DNA from: Dehalococcoidia bacterium UBA6926
GTDB taxonomy: Bacteria; Chloroflexota; Dehalococcoidia; UBA6926
NCBI GenBank assembly: GCA_002450835.1
Contig: DKAM01000030.1
Location: forward strand, 1-61,687
Direction: 5' to 3'
DNA length: 61,687 bases
Shown: positions 58,640 through 61,687 of the stretch, piece after piece
Layout: each line of letters begins with the position of its first letter
How positions within the stretch are numbered: position 1 is the first letter of the stretch
Notes under the pieces: model-generated
The model's database searches: none
The model's input: only the letters and a program-made list of their open reading frames with translations
Told to the model about the DNA's origin: nothing
Position numbers and translations under genes: made by a program

Positions 58640-58786
58640 CGATAGATCATACCCTAATTTAGCCTTTTTGGGATAAATCCCTGTATTTACGAATGGAAAG
58701 TAATCTATTGGACTTTTTGCAGTAATAGGTTTACATTGCATTTAATATCATAACAGTCCATCAAATGATGGAGGTAGGGGGATACA

Positions 58787-59836
58787 ATGAGATACAAGTT
58801 ATTAGCCGCAATTGCGAGCATTATGGTTCTTGTAGCAGTACTAAGCGTAGGCTGTACAACAACTGATGATAGCGATTCGAGCGCAACTAGGCTAGACACA
58901 GTAACAGAAAGAGGTAACTTAATAGCAGCCGGTAGAACTGATCTTCCAGGATTTGGATTCCTAAGAGAAGATGGTTCAAACGCAGGGTTTGATATAGACC
59001 TTGCTCGCGCAGTTGCAGCAGCAATTTTCGGCGATGGCAGTAGTTTGGAAGTAGTTCCAATCAGCGCTGCAGAGCGCGGTCCAACAATTCAAGGCGGCGA
59101 AGTTGATGTACTCACCCGAAACGTTACATGGACAACGTCTAGAGACGCACAATGGGGTAACTTCACTAATGTGATGTTCTATGATGGACAAGGCTTCATG
59201 GTACGAGCAAATAGCGGGTTTGACCATGCAACCGACTTAAATGGAATTACTGTGTGTGTTACAAGTGGTACTACAACAGAATCAAATTTGGCCGACTATT
59301 TTAGGCAAAATGGATTCTCGCTGGACACAGTTGTCTTCGAAGATTCAGCTTCTGTCTACGGAGCTTATGAAGAAGGCAGATGTGATGCAGCCACTTCAGA
59401 TAAATCACAGCTAGCAGCAATACGTTCTGGCTTACAGAACCCGAACGATCACAAAATTCTTCCTGAGACAATATCAAAGGAACCACTAACACCAGCGGTT
59501 CCTCACGGAGATGACTCATGGTTCGACCTCGTAAAACTGGTAATGTACGTACTGGTTAACGCTGAAGAGCTTGGAGTAACTCAGGCCAATGTAGAGGCAT
59601 CGAAATCGAGCGACAGCATCCCAGTCAGAAAATTACTGGGAGTTGAAGGTTCCTTCGGTCAAGCTGACGTTGGGCTAAGTGATGATTTTGCTGTCGATGT
59701 TATAAAGGCTGTTGGTAATTACGGGGAAATATACGATCGCTACATGGGACCAAATGGCGAATCGTTCACACTACCTAGAGGACCTAACGAGCTTTGGAAT
59801 AATGGCGGGTTAATTTACGCCCCTCCAGCAAAATAA
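58787..59836 (+). CDS. aapJ: General L-amino acid ABC transporter substrate-binding lipoprotein
   Basis: Lipobox SVGC; GFDID.ARAVAAA, RNVTWT.SRD, FYDGQG, GTTTE.N, ISKEPL, VGNYGE, GGLIYAPP. Confidence 0.92.
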   Translation: MRYKLLAAIASIMVLVAVLSVGCTTTDDSDSSATRLDTVTERGNLIAAGRTDLPGFGFLREDGSNAGFDIDLARAVAAAIFGDGSSLEVVPISAAERGPTIQGGEVDVLTRNVTWTTSRDAQWGNFTNVMFYDGQGFMVRANSGFDHATDLNGITVCVTSGTTTESNLADYFRQNGFSLDTVVFEDSASVYGAYEEGRCDAATSDKSQLAAIRSGLQNPNDHKILPETISKEPLTPAVPHGDDSWFDLVKLVMYVLVNAEELGVTQANVEASKSSDSIPVRKLLGVEGSFGQADVGLSDDFAVDVIKAVGNYGEIYDRYMGPNGESFTLPRGPNELWNNGGLIYAPPAK

Positions 59837-59860
59837 GAAAAGAAATAGCGTAATTATAAG

Positions 59861-59921
59861 GCCAATCAATAAGGGTAAGATAATGGCGGCGCAAGTCGCC
59901 GTTATCCACCCTTTAATTGGC
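59861..59921 (+). other. Intercistronic stem-loop with GCAA tetraloop between aapJ and aapQ
   Basis: GATAATGGCGGC-GCAA-GTCGCCGTTATC core, extended by GCCAAT..AAGGGT / ACCCTT..ATTGGC. Confidence 0.7.
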
Positions 59922-59969
59922 TGGTTTGATACTAGGAAAGACCACCTGGCATCTAGAATAATATAGACG

Positions 59970-61142
59970 ATGGTTCTTTATAGAAAAGGAATACCTATCT
60001 GGCGAGACACGAAAATAATTTCGTGGGCCGCTCAAATACTATCCACAATCCTAGTGATTAGCCTACTCGTATTCTTAATATCGAATCTCTTAAATGCCGC
60101 TAACAATAGAGGCTTCTCATTAGGCTTTGATTTTATACACCAAGAGGCAGGATTCCCTATTTCAGAGTCAGTGGTCGATTACAAAGAATCTGATTCATTT
60201 CTTCATGCTTTTTACGTGGGTATACTTAACACAATCAGAGTAGCTGTCATTGGTATATTTTTTGCAACAATTCTTGGAACTTTATTAGGTATTGCAAGAG
60301 TTTCCACCAATTGGGCGCTAAAAAATCTATCTCTCGTGTATGTCGAAATTTTCAGAAATATACCCCTCTTAGTCCAGCTATTTTTCTGGTATTTCATAAT
60401 ATTTCAATCATTTCCTAAAGTTCAAGATGCTATATCATTACCTGGGGGAATATACCTTTCCAACAGAGGGATCTTTTTACCTAATCTAGTTTTTTCCACA
60501 GAATCAGCAATCACTTTATTCGCTTGCGGTTGTTTAATAATTCTTATGATTTTTTCTCTTTATAAGATCACAGCTCTGCCGGAAACATATTTTGCCCGAA
60601 TCAAACGCATTTTGGTCTACATGGCAAGCGCTATAACAATTGTGATTCTAGTTTACGTTTTGACGACACAACTCCAGGTAAGCATAGACACACCTGAACT
60701 AGGTAAATTTAATTTTGAAGGCGGCCTCAGAATAACACCTGAGTTCGCTGCCCTCCTTCTCGGATTAACAATATATACTGCGAGTTTCATAGCCGAGATA
60801 GTAAGAGCAGGAATTCAATCTGTGCCGAAAGGCCAATATGAATCAGCATATGCTTTAGGCCTATCAAAAACCGAAACACTTAAGTTAATCATTCTTCCGC
60901 AGGCGCTCAAAGTTATCATCCCGCCAATGATAAATCAATATTTGAATTTATCTAAAAATTCCAGTCTCGCTATAGCGATAGGATATCCAGATGCATTTTT
61001 TGTCGGCAGAACTATGATAAATCAAGCAGGAAGAGCGGTCCCCATTTTTGGAATGGTAATGCTATGTTACGGACTTATTAGTTTGATGTGGTCTGTTATG
61101 GGGAATCTTTTCAATCGCAAGACTAATGTTGGGAGAAATTAG
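59970..61142 (+). CDS. aapQ: General L-amino acid ABC transporter permease
   Basis: GF.F...AGF.I, GILNT, YVEIFRNIPLLVQL, GG....PEF, AEIVRAGI, NLSKNSSLAIAIGYPD. Confidence 0.92.
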   Translation: MVLYRKGIPIWRDTKIISWAAQILSTILVISLLVFLISNLLNAANNRGFSLGFDFIHQEAGFPISESVVDYKESDSFLHAFYVGILNTIRVAVIGIFFATILGTLLGIARVSTNWALKNLSLVYVEIFRNIPLLVQLFFWYFIIFQSFPKVQDAISLPGGIYLSNRGIFLPNLVFSTESAITLFACGCLIILMIFSLYKITALPETYFARIKRILVYMASAITIVILVYVLTTQLQVSIDTPELGKFNFEGGLRITPEFAALLLGLTIYTASFIAEIVRAGIQSVPKGQYESAYALGLSKTETLKLIILPQALKVIIPPMINQYLNLSKNSSLAIAIGYPDAFFVGRTMINQAGRAVPIFGMVMLCYGLISLMWSVMGNLFNRKTNVGRN

Positions 61143-61143
61143 A

Positions 61144-61687
61144 TTGATTACTGAACAAGAAAGGTCAATCTTTAGTATTACCACTAGCATCTATAATTGG
61201 GTGCGGGAAAATTTGTTCAGTTCACCTCTAAATGTTTTGATTACTTTATGCGTTTTTCCGTTTGCATTTTATTTATTTATATCTTCTGGTGACTGGATAT
61301 TGAATAAAGCTGAATGGGATGCAATAACACGCAATACAAGAATTTTTCTTATCGGACAATATCCCCAAAGCGAATTATGGAGAATTGGAACAGTTGCTTT
61401 TATAACTACAAACCTACTAGGAATCTCTTGGCATCTAAAAGGAGTGGTGTTTCAACGATTAAGTTTAATAATTTTAGTTCCTTTAATATCCGTTATTTTA
61501 ATACCACCTATATTCCTAGATATAAGTATTGGACTTCGTTCATGGTTCGCTCTAGTAAGCATGGGTTTCTTGCTGGGCTATTTGCTCTCCAAATTCCAAA
61601 ACCTTTCTACCAGAGTGCTTCTAGTTTCATGGTCGCTAAGCATGATTATCGATTTCATACTCCTTAGAGGAATCGAAGGTTTCGGGG
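61144..61687 (+). CDS. aapM: General L-amino acid ABC transporter permease, truncated by the window end
   Basis: Not in the ORF track. From TTG 61144: MITEQERS...WVRENLFSSPLNVLIT...A.W..I......GQYP..ELWR. Confidence 0.85.
   Translation, partial: MITEQERSIFSITTSIYNWVRENLFSSPLNVLITLCVFPFAFYLFISSGDWILNKAEWDAITRNTRIFLIGQYPQSELWRIGTVAFITTNLLGISWHLKGVVFQRLSLIILVPLISVILIPPIFLDISIGLRSWFALVSMGFLLGYLLSKFQNLSTRVLLVSWSLSMIIDFILLRGIEGFG

Noticed and set aside
47434-58700. Genomic island integrated at the tmRNA 3' end
   Set aside because: Gene content looks accessory, but I see no integrase, no duplicated ssrA 3' end and no obvious composition shift
61314-61667. 117-aa plus-strand ORF
   Set aside because: Out-of-frame overlap with aapM, which runs off the window end
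1-61687. CRISPR arrays, IS elements, prophage genes, rRNA, selenoprotein read-through
   Set aside because: No regularly spaced repeats, transposase, integrase or phage genes seen; the recognised proteins look full length with no in-frame TGA breaks. The many short antisense ORFs in the track overlap well-supported genes

Overview
A gene-dense, AT-leaning bacterial chromosome segment. Gene content and protein style (RimI with a long internal insertion, TldD-TldE-HEAT-NUDIX block, DUF3090/SCO1664 pair, class II NrdJ with nrdR, short tmRNA tag, many orphan redox paralogs and ABC/MFS transporters) suggest Chloroflexota, probably Dehalococcoidia/SAR202-like; this is an inference, not a database match. 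It holds about 53 CDS, 4 tRNAs (Glu, Gly, Phe, Asn) and tmRNA next to smpB. I see no CRISPR array, integrase, transposase or prophage. Best candidates for undescribed systems: (1) a group II truncated haemoglobin fused to ankyrin repeats, divergent from an orphan xanthine-dehydrogenase-family Mo subunit; (2) a di-haem (DHOR-like) lipoprotein plus MFS, divergent from a Met-rich membrane-anchored protein, with an 11-bp inverted repeat between them; (3) a tightly coupled tldD-tldE-HEAT-NUDIX-GNAT operon; (4) late futalosine-pathway menaquinone genes joined to an ABC importer, suggesting precursor salvage; (5) up to three genes whose Shine-Dalgarno points at an ATT start codon; (6) a PlsY paralog with altered catalytic motifs; (7) a candidate sRNA between htrA and nrdJ. 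All calls come from motif recognition by eye; no searches were run.
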